DNA of 63,494 bases from Gnetum montanum. Taxonomy: Eukaryota; Plantae; Gnetophyta. Made by a program: the position numbers and the translations under genes. The notes under the pieces are model-generated. The model saw nothing but the letters and a program-made list of their open reading frames with translations, made no database searches and was not told the origin of the DNA. Location: positions 9,149-72,642 of the forward strand of contig MNCI01000296.1 in assembly GCA_015680685.1 (NCBI GenBank), given 5' to 3'. Shown here piece by piece: positions 14,166 to 28,127 of the stretch. Every line of letters starts with the position of its first letter. Position 1 is the stretch's first letter.

Positions 14166-14726
14166 AGTAGAATTTTAAATTGTATCCATTACACTTGTCA
14201 AAAAGTAGTTTAAAGAGAAAATGTATTATTCCACCCTATAATAGAACACCACATGAAGTATTTATATTATGGTAATACTACAAACAAGTGTTCTAATATG
14301 TGTTCAGATTAAATAATTGCCATCTTCCTTGAATGAAAGAGAAATAGTCATTAGAGAAAACAATCAAAATTTTACCGCTCAAAAAGTTAAAATTGTGAGC
14401 AAGACATATGAATTGTACATGTAACAAGGATCCTTAAGTAATAATTGGACGTATATAGAATATCAAACATGCCACAAAAATAAAAAAGGTTACTAAAATA
14501 TATTATAGATTCCTTTACAACATTGCAAAAGAAATTTATTACAACCAAATTGCATTATAAATTCATATACAAAATTACAAAAGAGATGCATTACAACCTA
14601 ATAGCATCAAAATGGTGGAATGCCTCATGCACCATATCTGTTATTAGTTTTAGTTACATAAAAATATACAAATTGACCATGTTCAATGCAGTTCTCATGT
14701 AGGATATGCTACAGATACATGTTTTT

Positions 14727-15506
14727 TCAGACTTGATCATCTACTGGAAAACTTAGGATTTTCCATATCATGATTTTTCGATACATAGAAATAGAATCAA
14801 GAGTGAAATTCAAGTCTTTACTTAATACCAAGTGATGCATATACATTAATGTATACATGCCATAGTCATATCCATTTTCTTGTCTATTGTCATATACATC
14901 TTCTTTCTCTTTCCCTTGAGTTCCATTATGCCTTGAGAGCATACAGGATCACCTTCAAATAAATAGTCAATAAAATTCAACATCAATTTTCTAACAATAG
15001 TGGCATATTGTGAAGAAGATAAGGAATCATACACCAATATTTTTTTTCTTGGTATGTCTACAATAACAAAAATCCAATGCCCACCAATGTTTAAGGGATG
15101 ACAAAACAATGAGTGTCCAAATTGCAAAAAGTCATCTCAACAAATTTTATCTTTTAGATCTTTCATAAAATCTACTTCTACAATGAAACCATCAAATTCT
15201 TTTTCAATCAATGTACCACTTTCAACATTTACAACATGTATTTTGTTGTTTTTCTTTGATTTATGTCTCAACTAGTTCTTCTCAGCCACTTGCATCTTGC
15301 TCTCAAAGGACTTTGCATAACATTAAAACATACTATTGGAGATGAAATATTTTAGATTTTTATATTCTTGACAAGCATATATTAACTTCTAAAGTTACTT
15401 CAAGTGCATAATGTAAACATCTATGATGTCATTGTCAAGCCATTGTTTCCATTCATCTTGATATATACTCTTAAAAGAAAATCTTGTGGTAACATATAGG
15501 GCATAG
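14727..15506 (-). pseudogene. Ulp1/C48 SUMO-protease domain pseudogene (3' part of a gene split by element A)
   Basis: KQWLDNDIIDVY (~15450-15415), PLNIGGHWIFVIVD..KKILVYDSL (15100-15020) and RQENGYDYGMY (QxNxxDCG motif with catalytic Cys read as Tyr). Confidence 0.9.
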
Positions 15507-15511
15507 GATGT

Positions 15512-16476
15512 TGATGATCCAGGCAAAATTCAATGCTGGATACCGTTAATCTTTATCTTCATTTCTTTCATTTTAGAAATTGTCATCTCGTCTATGACTA
15601 ATCTGCGAGTTGTATCCCATGGAGGAATAGTTCCAAAGTTAAATAATCATCAAGACAATAAATGATCAGAATTGAGTCCAAAAAAATTCCACACTTATGC
15701 TTATCACTCATAAGTAAAATTATGAACCTTTATCCTAACTTCTAATTACAAGTTCAAGAAGAAAGATTTATAATTAAATCAAATTGGAGTTAAAGTTAGA
15801 AGCATAGATGATGATGGGAATTACAATGGTGACTTCACCTAAATTGTGATTTTGCCTTGTTGTTTGGACAATGCAACAACCTCAACAACCCAACACTAGA
15901 ATCTAATGATTTATGGCTACCACAAAGTTTCAAAAAATTCACTTAATAATTCCTCAAAGAAATTAGCCTTCAACTTGATGTGGTTTTTTCTTGGGGATCA
16001 ATTTTGTACTTTCTCTTTTCATGTATACACATTTCTCTATCTCTCTATCTATCTCTATCTTATTTGAATCTTGGACATGTATTTATACTCTAAGGGTATC
16101 TAAAATAAAATATGGAATAATCGATTCTTATCATAGGCATCAATCTCAATCGATATATACTTTGTCAATTTCCATTGCAACCTTGATCTCCTACAATCAT
16201 TGTCGCAAGTCACTTGTGTTTGTTTTGATCTATATCTAGATTTTTTGCTCCTAGTCAATCCATGATATCGATCCTTATCACTATCATGATTTGGATCAAT
16301 TTCATCGCATTGATTCTTATGATAGTCGTGATTACCTGTAATAGTCAAAATAAACGCCATTGATTCATATCAATTTAGGTAGCAAAAATTGATGATTTTT
16401 GATATGTCATACAATAAAAAATTAAAAATACTTTATTCATTACTATGTAACATAGAACATTTTATGGGGTTCAACA
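15512..16476 (-). repeat. Element A 3' LTR
   Basis: Plus strand reads TGATGA...TTCAACA; aligns with 49474-50444. Confidence 0.9.
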
Positions 16477-16689
16477 CAACCCTCAACTAGCCTTTGGCCA
16501 AAGCTTGGCCATAAAGGTGAAAATAAAACATAATCCCCTCCTCAATACAAAAGAGATACTATAACAATATACATTAGAACATAACATAACACATCCAGCT
16601 GAAAATAGTCCAAAATTTAAAAGGTGGCCATGAACATGAACAAAAGTGGCCATCAAAACACAAAGTTTGAAAATAAAATATCATAATTT

Positions 16690-17750
16690 GGAAGCTAGAT
16701 CAAGCCTCAAAGCCTACTTCCAAGTCCATGTCCTCCTCAAATTAGGAGGGTTCTTCTCCCTCATCATCATCGCAAATCTTAGGGTGAACATGTTTTTTAA
16801 TGTCTGGCACCCTCTTTTCTAGAGTGCTAATGGTAGATTTTAGTTGTTATAGAACTAAGAGGATCTCTTGCTAGGTGGACTACACCTCATGAAGCTATGA
16901 TCAAGCTTCCTCATGGAAGCCATGGAGCTCACTAGATTTAAGTGCCAAGGAAGAGTCGGGCTCCTAAGACTCCTAGTTAAAGGGCCCAACCTCAATGTAG
17001 ATCCTTAGGGATCGAGTAAAGGTGTCTTTCTTCAGGATTGAAAGATGTACCTTTGTGCCTATCTGATTAGAAGGTAGGAAAAATTTACATCCTTACCATA
17101 CTTTAGCACCTTCATCACACAAATTGTAGGGCTGAGTACATAAGTGGTGTGGGTAGATGGTAAGAAATTAGTGATAGTCATCCTTATCATTACCTGATGC
17201 TCTAGCCTAAGGTTCAAAAAATGTCATTACCCTGGGCTAGGAGCCTAAACCACTCCTGCAACTTGGTTGCTATAACCTTCACATGTGTCTTTTGAACAAA
17301 AGACACCAAGTAACTTTCTAGAGGGTCAACTTTTAAGAGGTGGCATTTGATGTTCTAGTAAAATTCTAAAACCTCCTCTTACACATACTAATCTAGGGGT
17401 GGTCAGACAAAAGCCCCACATCCCATGGCATTTAGTTGTTGGAGAACTGTTTCGTCGGTGTGGTTGAACCACTCCTTATAATCTTCCTCTGCATGTCATG
17501 GAGCAATCTTCAACTAGTGACTCCTAGGCGCTTGCAAACAAATGAAAACTTTTAACAAATCAAAATTATCTACTAAATCCTCCATTGGATGCATACCTAT
17601 ACCTTTTCTCTAGTGATGCTCGATTCAACCATCTTATACTACAAGTTTGGAAAACCTGATTAGCCCTTGGTACAAGGATTGGGGAAGATCCCCAAAGAAG
17701 ATAGTAGTTCCTTGTCATGTTCTTAGAAAGTTAGAAAATGAGGGTTTGAT
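16690..17750 (-). pseudogene. Element A 3' accessory ORF (Athila env-like / PF20167-type)
   Basis: Minus-strand translation VLQQLNAMGCGAFV...YV*EEVLEFY*NI (~17450-17350) and MTITNFLPSTHTTYVLSPTICVMKVLKYGKDVNF (~17185-17080), located between pol and the 3' LTR. Confidence 0.7.
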
Positions 17751-20099
17751 ATATTATACGAAAAAAAATTAGTATCCTACCCCATGTTGGTTGGCTTCTT
17801 CTATTGTGGTTGTGGTATTTGCCTAGTCACACCACTTTCCTGCTGGCATTGCTGCACCCTGTTGGTCTTAGACTTCCATTTGCTCTGCTCCCTATTGGCC
17901 CTAAACTTTGGTTTATATTGGTCCTAAATTTTGGATGTGGGTTTTACGTGTTGGGGTGGTGATTTATAATAGAAATCACCACATTGCAAATATTTTAATA
18001 TATATATTTTTTACTTTTCCAATTATCAATTCATATCATACTTGTAATTTGGCTCGATATATTTTAGGTCAATTTTTATTACTACATTAATATAGATCGA
18101 TATAGTGGAACTACAGGTTGTAAACGTATTGATATTCATCGAAGCTACATTGATAAAAATCAAGGCGTTCAATAAATTTTAAGGGATATTGATGTAGATT
18201 GATTTAAGCTATATGAATTAATATGTATGTCAATTGAAATCGCTATTGCACTGATAAAATCTAAGGCATTTGGAAAAATTTAAAATATATCGATATATAT
18301 TAATCAAGGCTATATGAATCGATATGTGTATTGATTCATATTAGTGCCATGCTTTTTAGATGCAAAATATTCATGGAAATTTACTCTTGTTCACGTGAGA
18401 TTGGGTAAATCAATATCCATCAATATATTAGTGTTGAATCTTATCGATATGATCGAACTTCTTGTTGGAAACCTAAACCTTTATTACTATCATGTCGATC
18501 TGGGTTACTGGAATCGACTATTCGTGAGATATATATATCATTACAGCAAAACATCAAGACCATGTAGGATGTTTGTTATTTATCTATAGACATTGATACT
18601 TCAATATTATATTAATACTTACATATGTCCTAATCACCCTAAGTTGAGGCTATCAATATCAATCAATATTATTATAATTTTACTTATAAATTATTTAAAT
18701 GTCTCAAGTTCTCTTTTTGATTGATGAATTCTTATTCATGGATATGAGTCCACATATAACTTGGTTAGGAAGGCCTTGCTTTGGATTATTTGGGCTTGAC
18801 ATCACCTCACAAGGTCTACTTTATTAGGTGTAAGAATGTCTTATATTTTGAAGGTCTAAACCTTTCCTATGACTCAAGGATCTGAGATGCATTACTTACC
18901 TCTAACTCATTCCCTAACTTGTTCTTGGTTTAGCTTCCAAGTTGGTTATACCCTACTATCATACCCTTTATTACTTGGTTATCCCTCCTAACTAAATTAA
19001 GGTATGTAACATACCCAAGTTAATTAGCAAAGATAAATTATTAAAAAAAACATGGTCAAAGGATATACCAAAAGCAAGAATTGCCCTAGGTTTTATATAT
19101 CTAGATGACTAAGAGGATACCAAAGGCAATGGGTGAACAAGTGTTGGTATCCATCATTGGAGACCATAGTAGGGATCTTGACCACTGACGCCTATGGAAG
19201 ACATAATGGGAAACACAAAGAAAACTCATGCATAAATGTACCACTAGTTAAAAGAGATGACCATGTAAAAGAAAATAGGAAGATAACATAACAAAAATAA
19301 GGAGGAATAAAAAAAGTTAAAAATGAGGTAAAAACAAAAGCAAAAAGAAAACAATAATCTAAGAAATACAAAGAAGCAAAAGCAAAGTAATTAAATAACA
19401 AAGTAAGAGGAATGATTAGAAGTGATGGTGTCCATTAAAATACTAACTATGGAGGAGCCACTCTTTTGCTACTAGTGTTATACCCTAATTATAAGGTAGT
19501 GGCATCATTATGTGATTAGTAATTATTGCCTAATCCTTAAACACTTTACTTATAGAAGGGGGTTCTTATTGGATGCTTGAAGTTGTGATCTTGGAGCATT
19601 GTCCCAACTGTAAGGTTCTTATGGAAGTGTGGCTTAGCTCATGATGGAAGGTTCTTGTGGGATCATCTTTTTCTTTTCTTTTCTTGCTTTCTTTTTTTTC
19701 TTTTTTTTCATCATTTTTTTCTATTTTTTCTTTTTTTCTCTTTTTTTTGCAAGAAATTAAATATTTGACCAGCTTCAATCATGAGGTTCTTATGTGAGCT
19801 AAATTAATTTTGTAAGGGTTGCTCACACAACATTGATCTTACTTGATATCAGTAGATGCCTTTACCACCAGAGAAACTAGGTCCAATATAACACACCCTT
19901 TCCACCTTAGTGATTCATCCAAGTAGGTATTTACAAACCAAACACTAATAAGCATTACCCTAAACTAAGCTATTTAGCCACCTTTACTTATGAACATTAT
20001 ACTTAAAGAATCTTGTTTAAAAATAAGAAATTTTATTATGTGTAAGATACTTTTTAATCTAAGGCTCACCCTTAAGTAGATTTTGAGTTTAAGCTTACT

Positions 20100-22042
20100 T
20101 GTCTCAAGGTAGGGGGAGTTTTCCTTCTCCCTTGCATTCTAGACATGATGCTACTAAATTCTTTAATTTTCCAATTAACAATAGAAAAGACCATTGCCAT
20201 CTAAATTTTTCAAGGCTAAAATTGTAAACTGGAATTAGCTTTTTAGTAGATCTTTCGATGACATAAGAGTCTTGATGAGGGGTAAGTTGAAGAGCTAAGA
20301 TTTCGATAGGACTATTGGTATGTAAGTCATCTGTAGTAGGATAATTTGGGTTACTTAGCTCCACTAATTCATCCTCTTTGGGTTCCTCAAGGTGGTGTTG
20401 ATGGTATAGCTTAAGCCTTTGTCCATTCACTAGGAATGTAATTGAGGAATCATTATGAGGTGATATTAAAACACTTCCATTGGCATAGGGTTGGAGAACT
20501 AAATAAGGACCTTTCCATCTAGTTTGTAATTTCCCTAGAAATTTATGGAATTCATGTTATAAAGAAGGGCCTAATCTCCTACTAAGAAGTGTTTTGTAAG
20601 AACATTGCTATCAAGCAAGGTTTTCATTTATTTTTTGATAATCTTTTTTTTATTTAGAGCATGTACCCACATTTCATCAGGTTCATGAAGTTTGTTAATT
20701 TGAGCAACTTGGTTCATGTCTTCATTAAAGTTGAGTTGTTAGGCTAATCTCAGAGATTGATATTTCAATTCAACTGGTAATAGATAGACATTACCATAAA
20801 CTAATTGGTAGGGTGAATATCCTAACTTATTTTATAAGTAATTTTATAAGTGCAAAGTGCATCTTAAAATTTTTTAGACCAATCTTTCCTTTAGTACACA
20901 TAGTTTTGGTTAATATACTTAAAATAATTCTATTAGCATTTTCGACTTGGCCTTTTGTTTGAGGGTGATAGGTGATAGCTATTTTATGTTGGATGCCACA
21001 AGATGTAAGGAATTTTCCCATGATTTTATTAACAAAATGGGTTCCTTGATCACTAATAATTGTGTGAAGTGTCAAAATGTGTCAAGATACTTTCTTGAAG
21101 AAATGTGAAAACTACCTTAACATCATTTGTTGGAGTTGCTTTAGCTTCTACCCATTTGGTGACATAATCTATGCAGATTAGAATGTATTGATAACCATTA
21201 GATGGTGGATATGGCCCTAGAAAATCTATACTCCAAACATCAAATGGTTCTATGATCAGAATTGGTTGTAAGGGCATTTCATGTATTTTTAAGATAGTCC
21301 CCATTCATTGACATTTATCATAATTTTGTACGTATTTATGTGCAACCTTAAAAATTGAGGGCCAATATAATCCACTTTGTAAAATTTTAATTGCAAAGTG
21401 GCCATCTCCTAGATCATCATGGCACATATCTAGAATTTCTTCTTATTCATTCTCAACTACACATCATCGTGCTATATTATCCTTACAAATTCAATAGAGA
21501 TACAAACTACTCCAAATATACCTAGATATGGTGTGTAGGAAAGATTTCCTTTCTTCCTTAATCCTATTTGTGGGGGTTTTTAGAGTGGCAAGATAATTGG
21601 CTATATTTGCAAACCAAGGATATGTTTTTGTCGAAAAAAGTTGTTCATTAGGAAATTCATCATGAAAGTCTCCTTGTGTTCAATTTTTAGTAGTGGTTTC
21701 CAACCTAGAAAGATTATCTACCACTACATTTTCCCTCTCCCTTTTGTCTAAAATATTGAGGTCAAATTATTAGAGTAATAAGCACCATCTCATTATTCTT
21801 GCATTTTCTATTTTTTTGGTAGCCAAGAATTTACTAGTTGATTGGTCTATATATACTCTAGTTTTATATTTGATTAAATAATTCTTGAATTTATCTAGAG
21901 CATATACAATGCCCAATAATTCTTTTTCTATAGTTGTGTAATTGACTTGAGCTAGGTCTAGACTTTTGGGCACATAATAAATCACCCTTGCTTTATTATC
22001 AATATATTGTCCTAAAACTACCCCTATTGTCATGTCACTAGC
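20100..22042 (-). pseudogene. Element A pol, RNase H and integrase part
   Basis: ASDMTIGVVLGQ, NYTTIEKELLGIVYALDKF, PFDVWSIDFLGP, CIDYVTKWVEA, IISDQGTHF, YHPQTKGQVE and WKGPY...VNGQRLKLY. Confidence 0.95.
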
Positions 22043-22906
22043 TGATGAGTCACGATATCGGACCCCCAATATCAGATCCTCGATATCGGACCCTCGATAT
22101 TGGATACATGATATCGAAGAAACCAAAGCGATATGGAACATGCGATGTTGAAGCCTGTCTCATTGCCTATAAATAAGAGATCGAGACACTTGGTTTGGTA
22201 TTAGTTTTTAGTCCCTTAGGCGAAATCTTGCAGTTTTTCCCTTCTAGAGTTAGAATTATTTGTGAGTGCCTGCAGTAGGAGTCATAAAGTGATCAGATCT
22301 TTATTTGAGCATTCTGTACTTGAGCACACCTTGTGTCGGGAAATAAAGACGAACTTTGTGATAAACCTTGCAACATTTAGAATAGCTTAATTATTTTATT
22401 TAAATGTTATTTATTGTTATTTTCTACTCTCATTAGTTACTTAATGTTATTTTTATTGAATTGTTAATTATCAATGAATTAGCACACTTAGTATGACCAC
22501 TTCAAGCATATGTGGAACACTTGGTAACCCAGTAACAACTAGTGTTTGGTAATCCTAGTAATGTTACACTAGTTCAGGATGTGTCCAACAAGTGGGAATG
22601 AATGCTGGTGTTAGGACTAGTTAAAGCATAGTTGATTATTTAAATCAAATTAGTTACTCAATTATTTCATTTCTCCATTTTAAGCACCAAGAACATAAAA
22701 CGTAAAAATAAGCATAAAAATCATATACCTCAAGTTTACTTAACCATACAATTGTGCCTTACAAGTAAGCTTGGGAAGATAATGATCGCATAACCCATCC
22801 TTGTTCTGTGTAAGTGCATAAACACTTAATCTTTGGCGTTCAACCCGATCACACGCGAATGCTTGTATTAGGATGGTTTGGTGTAGGGGTACCTTGTCGC
22901 TCATCA
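22043..22906 (+). repeat. Element B 5' LTR
   Basis: TGATGAG...CTCATCA, followed by the PBS. Confidence 0.95.
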
Positions 22907-22907
22907 T

Positions 22908-22925
22908 TGGCACCATTGCTGGGGA
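22908..22925 (+). other. PBS of B (tRNA-Asp type)
   Basis: TGGCACCATTGCTGGGGA, close to the Athila consensus TGGCGCCGTTGCCGGGGA. Confidence 0.85.
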
Positions 22926-23042
22926 TTTTGTTCTTTTTGCACTGATTAGAACTTAGGAAATCCTTCCATCGTTGGAACAAACCCTTAGGGTTAGTTATCC
23001 TACAATCATCAAAAAAGAGTATTACACATTGAATAATCAATT

Positions 23043-26000
23043 ATGTCTCCTTCTTCGTATGAGAGTGCTTCAGCACCTAGGTCTGACACCATGAATAATC
23101 GGAGGCAAAGTGCACAAGATAATCTACCAGTACCCCAACAGTTTCGCTTGGTATACACTCATCCTAATGAGTATATACTAGACTTTACCTTTATCCTCCA
23201 CCAGAATGAACAGTTGTGATGATGTGATTTAGAAGGTAACATAGTGTTACCTATTGATTACTTGTTCCCAAGCATGCTTCTTTGTGCTCTCACACGAATT
23301 AGTATGCAGCACTTACAAGAAGAGTACGTTGTGCATGAACACGACTCGAGAGAGTATCGACCCATGAAGGCACAATGCCAAAGGGACCTACAATAGGAGA
23401 GACATTACAAATATATGAAGGGAAAATGGTCTCAGGATGTCTCGTATGTCCTAAGTGAAAATGAGGATGGTGAACCTACCTCAGGAGGTTTTCCACAAAA
23501 TGATGTGCCTCTTGTTGACTTTGGTCAAGGAGTTATGTATCAAAATATTCACTCAACTATTCATAACCTAGGTTTTGATACCAACAAACACAAAGGGTTT
23601 GAAAAAGGAACATAAACATGTGACAATGACGAACATTCCGATCGTAACCACGACTGAGGCCATGACCACCAAAGAGAAAGTGATAGGTGTTGTCATGGTG
23701 CTAGTCCTCTTTCCTCTTTACCTTCATCATCTCCGCCCCCTCTCCTTTAGGATCTAAACGTAGTCGCAAAGGAAAAGACCATAAGGACAATGGTAAGCGA
23801 AATAAAGATCATAGATAAAATAGTTGAGAAAGGGGATGAGGGCATTCTAGAGAGACACACCATGAAAGAAGAGAGAGTAGGGAACAACATAAGCCTCATA
23901 GATGCCATAGACAATACAATCACGATGAACCCCTACTCGCCACCTGAAGTATGTTAGATATAACAGAGGTCGTTAGGATTCCAACAAGGCACCAGAAGGA
24001 TAGTAGGATCAAAAGACTAGACATGAATAACATCCCATGATTTGAAGGGGGATACAATGTCGATCCTCAAAACCATCTACAAGCATTCCATGATGCATGT
24101 GCCCTGCAAAATATAGAAAATGAGATGCAAAAGCTAAAGTTGTTTCCACGGACACTGATCAAGGAAGCGAAAAGTTGGCATTGGTCCTTGGGACCGAAAT
24201 CCATTTGTCAATGGAGTACCATGTTAGAACTATTCAATGATAAGTATTAAACGTACTCCTGGGTGTCCAACCTGCGTAAGAAAATCTAAGGATGGAAATA
24301 AGGAGGACACGAATCCTTGGATGCTACCATGGACCAGTATTATTCATTGTTACATCATTGTCCTAGCCATGGTTACTCACAGAAGGAATAACTATGTCAT
24401 CTCATAGATGGACGTAGGTACGAAACATGAAGAACCCTTGGGACTTATGCCCAAGAAAGGCTATATGAGCTCAAAGCTTATCAAATACAAAGATTGTTGG
24501 AGTAGGTTGTCAAGGAGGAAGGTGAGTTGAGAAAAAGAGAAAGTATGATGGAATAAAACAAAGATCCTTCCCTTTGAAAGAAGGAAATTAGATTTTGTGA
24601 GGATGAGGAAGAGTCACCACTTGAAGAGATGATGAATAGAAAGACTTTACCCATCCAAAAATTTGCATCTGAAGTATCAGCAAAGGTCGATCAAATGTGG
24701 AACTCCCAAGATGATAAATTTCAAATTGTTCTAAAAATAGTAGAGGAGTCTAGAGAACAAAGTAGTGACCGAGAGAGAAGAAAAAAGAAAGAAGTTAAGT
24801 ATGCACATAACAAGAGTAAGGGCTAAGTTACAGTCATTGAAGAGGTTGTGGATTCGGACACAAACAATGATGGTGGATGTGAAATTTGCCAATATGACCA
24901 TCCTAAAGGATGTTGTCCATTAGTGTCAGATCTGCAAGAGTCTAGGGTGTATGCACTAAACCCATGATTAAATAGAAAACAAACACCCACATAGAATTTA
25001 TATGATATGCCAACATAGAATTTACAGTGACCCCTCTATGAAGCCTCGACAACAACCGCAAAGACAATTGAACCCAAAGCTTAAGTAAGTAGTTAAAGAA
25101 GAAATTGAATAACTTTTGAAGGCTAGGTTCATCTACCCCATTGTTGACAGTGAATGGGTTAGTCCATTAGTCATTGTGCCTAAAAAGGGAGGTAAATGAA
25201 GGGTGTGTATAGACTTTAGGTTGTTGAACATGGCAACATTTAAAGACCATTTCTCATTGCCATTTGTTGACCAAGTCTTAGATACCATTATAGGACATTG
25301 CTATTATAGATTTTTGGATGGTCACAGTGGGTACAACCAAGTTCAAATAGCACCAGAAGATCAAGCTAAGACTACATTCACAAGTCCTTGGGAGACATTT
25401 GCATATAGGTACATGCTGTTTGGCTTGTGCAATGCCCTAGCAACATTTCAACGTCTGGTTCTTAATATATTTTAGTAGCACAAAGGGAATGGTATGGAGT
25501 TTTTTATGGACGATTTTTCCACCTACAGAGTGGACTTTAAACAAGCATTGGATGGAATAGAGCAAGTACTAAAATGATGTGTTGAAACCAACCTAAGGCT
25601 CAAGTGGAAAAAAAGCCACTTAATGGTCCAAGAGGGCATGGTATTAGGGCATAAAATTTTACAAATAGGGATGGAGGTAGATCCTAAGAAAATTAAAGTC
25701 ATCCAAGAAATCACTTGTTAGCCTGAAACCATAAAATATATACGATCATTCCTTGGACATATAGGCTATTATATATGCTTCATTGAGAACTTTTCAAAGA
25801 TCGCAAAATTGTTGGTAGAATTAATGAAAAATGATGTACCCTTTGAATGGACCAAGGAATGTGAGCTAGCTTTCCAAACCTTGAAGTAGAAGCTTGTAAA
25901 AATACCCATCCTAAAAGCTCTTGACTGGTCCAAACTATTCCATATAATGATTGATGTGTCCAATTTTCCTTTAGGAGTTACACTTACATAGTTAGATGAC

Positions 26001-27700
26001 CAAAAATGTCCCTATTACATTCACTGTGCAAGTCCAAGTATTGCTGGTGCACAACTCAACTATACCACAATAGAAAAAGAGTTAATGGCTATGGTGTTTA
26101 CACTAGAAACATTTAGGCACTATTTACTAGGCTATAAGGTATTCATACACATGGATCATAGTGCGACTCGGTTCCTTATGAATAAACTAATGGTGAGCCC
26201 TCATGTCATACAATGGCTGGTGATCTTACAAGAGTTCGATATCATGATAGTAGATCGTAAAGGCACTAAGAATATTATTGCTAATCATTTATCTCAGTTG
26301 TGATGGGACAACAAAGAGGACAAATGCCCAATTTCTGATCGCTTCTCTAATGAACTCTTCTTTGTAGGTGTAATAAATAATCAATCACCCTTAGATACAA
26401 ACTGGTATAGCATCATTCTTACTTATCTTCTCATGCAAGAAACACCATAAGGGCTAGACGTTAAAAAGAAACAATAGTTTCTCCACTGAGTCAAATACTT
26501 CAAGGAAATCAATGGGCACCTTTACAAGGTATGTCTTGATGGCTTGGTTCGATGGTGTGTTCTTGATGTAGATCAGTTGCAAATTCTCCAAGATGCTCAT
26601 GAGGGCCCTTGTATGGGTTATTATGTTGGGAAATAAAAAGCCATTAAAATCTTACTTGCAGGATATTATTGACCTACATTATTTCGGGACACCCATTATT
26701 TTGTTCAATCTTGTGAGCATTTCCAATGCGATGGGGGAATGATTGCTAGAATGAAGGATCCACAATAATGGATTCAACCCTTAGAACCCTTCGACATATG
26801 GGAAATTGATTTTATGGGGCCTATTATAGTGATGTCCAATAAAAAAGCATACATTTTTGTTGTTGTTGACTATTTTACAAAGTGGGAAAAAGTAGCCACT
26901 GTTATGGAATGTACATCATCTACCACTGCATGATTTGTTTAACAAAAAATCGTAAAGAAGTTTGGCATGCCTCATGCACTTATTTCTTATAATGGTACAT
27001 ATGTTATAGGTGCAACTTTTTGAAAATTGATGCAATGCTTAGGAGTTGAGCATAAATTAACTACACCATATCATTCTTAAGCAAATGGTCAAGCTGAAGT
27101 CACTAATAGGAAATTACAAAAATCTTGACATGAACCATTAGCAAATATAGGCGAGACTGGAGCACCAAACTGAATGACGCTCTTTGGGCCTACCGCTCCA
27201 CATGGAAACTCCCTAAAAACTATTCTCCATATGAGTTAGTGTATGGTAAACTTCCAACACTTCCTGTCCAAGCTGAGCTCCATACACTATCTACAACATG
27301 TGACCTTAACCTTGACCTCAGTCTAGCACAAAAGGAATGGTTAATGAACCTTAACTTGCTAGATGAAAATCTCTTAGCTACTTTGTCATCCAATGAACTG
27401 CACAAGGCCTTTAACAAACAACGTCATGACTGAAGAATTAGAAAAGTCAAATACCAACCATGGGATAGGGTTCTTTATTGGAATCCCACACATGTGCCAC
27501 AACGAACTAAATTTCAAACGTTGTGGGAAGGACCTTATATCATTTATGAAACTTTTCCTTCAGGGGCCATGATGATCTATAAACCTAAAAGCCTAGATAA
27601 GAAATTATTATTTAACATCCAGCACACCAAACCTTTCCATGAGCCCAAAATGGCCAATACTAACACTACCTCTGTTGATGGACAACCCTTGTCATTATTT
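23043..27700 (+). pseudogene. Element B gag and RT-RH-INT; protease region deleted
   Basis: gag DPQNHLQAF; RT IYPIVDSEWVSP, CIDFRLLN, FLDGHSGYNQ, FMDDF; RH NYTTIEKELMAMVF; INT WEIDFMGP, VDYFTKW, WEGPY. Many stops. Confidence 0.93.
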
Positions 27701-28127
27701 TGGTTCTCCTCCTTTCAACTCAATCATGGGGGAGATGGCCACCAATGCTAATTATCCTAAGCCCTTAGTTTCTTTTATCATTTTTTGTTTTACAGATTTT
27801 TTATCTTTACTTATTTTTGTTTTACACCATCATTAGCATTTTTGTTATTTCTTTCTCTATTACATTTTGTTTGATTTATTCCCACTCATCACATAATAAG
27901 TGCTCATGATGGTGGGTTGTATTATAATAGTGCTACTTGCTAATGTTTGGTTTTTACCTTTAACTTTCAATGTTGATGCTAAGATATGTTTTCTTTTGAT
28001 AAAATAGGCAATGAGTCCATGTCATCCATTCATCCATTCAACTCTATGGTCTCCCTTTGTTTTGAAACTATATTGTCCCTTTTTTTTTTCTTACACAAAC
28101 CTATTAATGAATTGGTGGCTTGGTATT

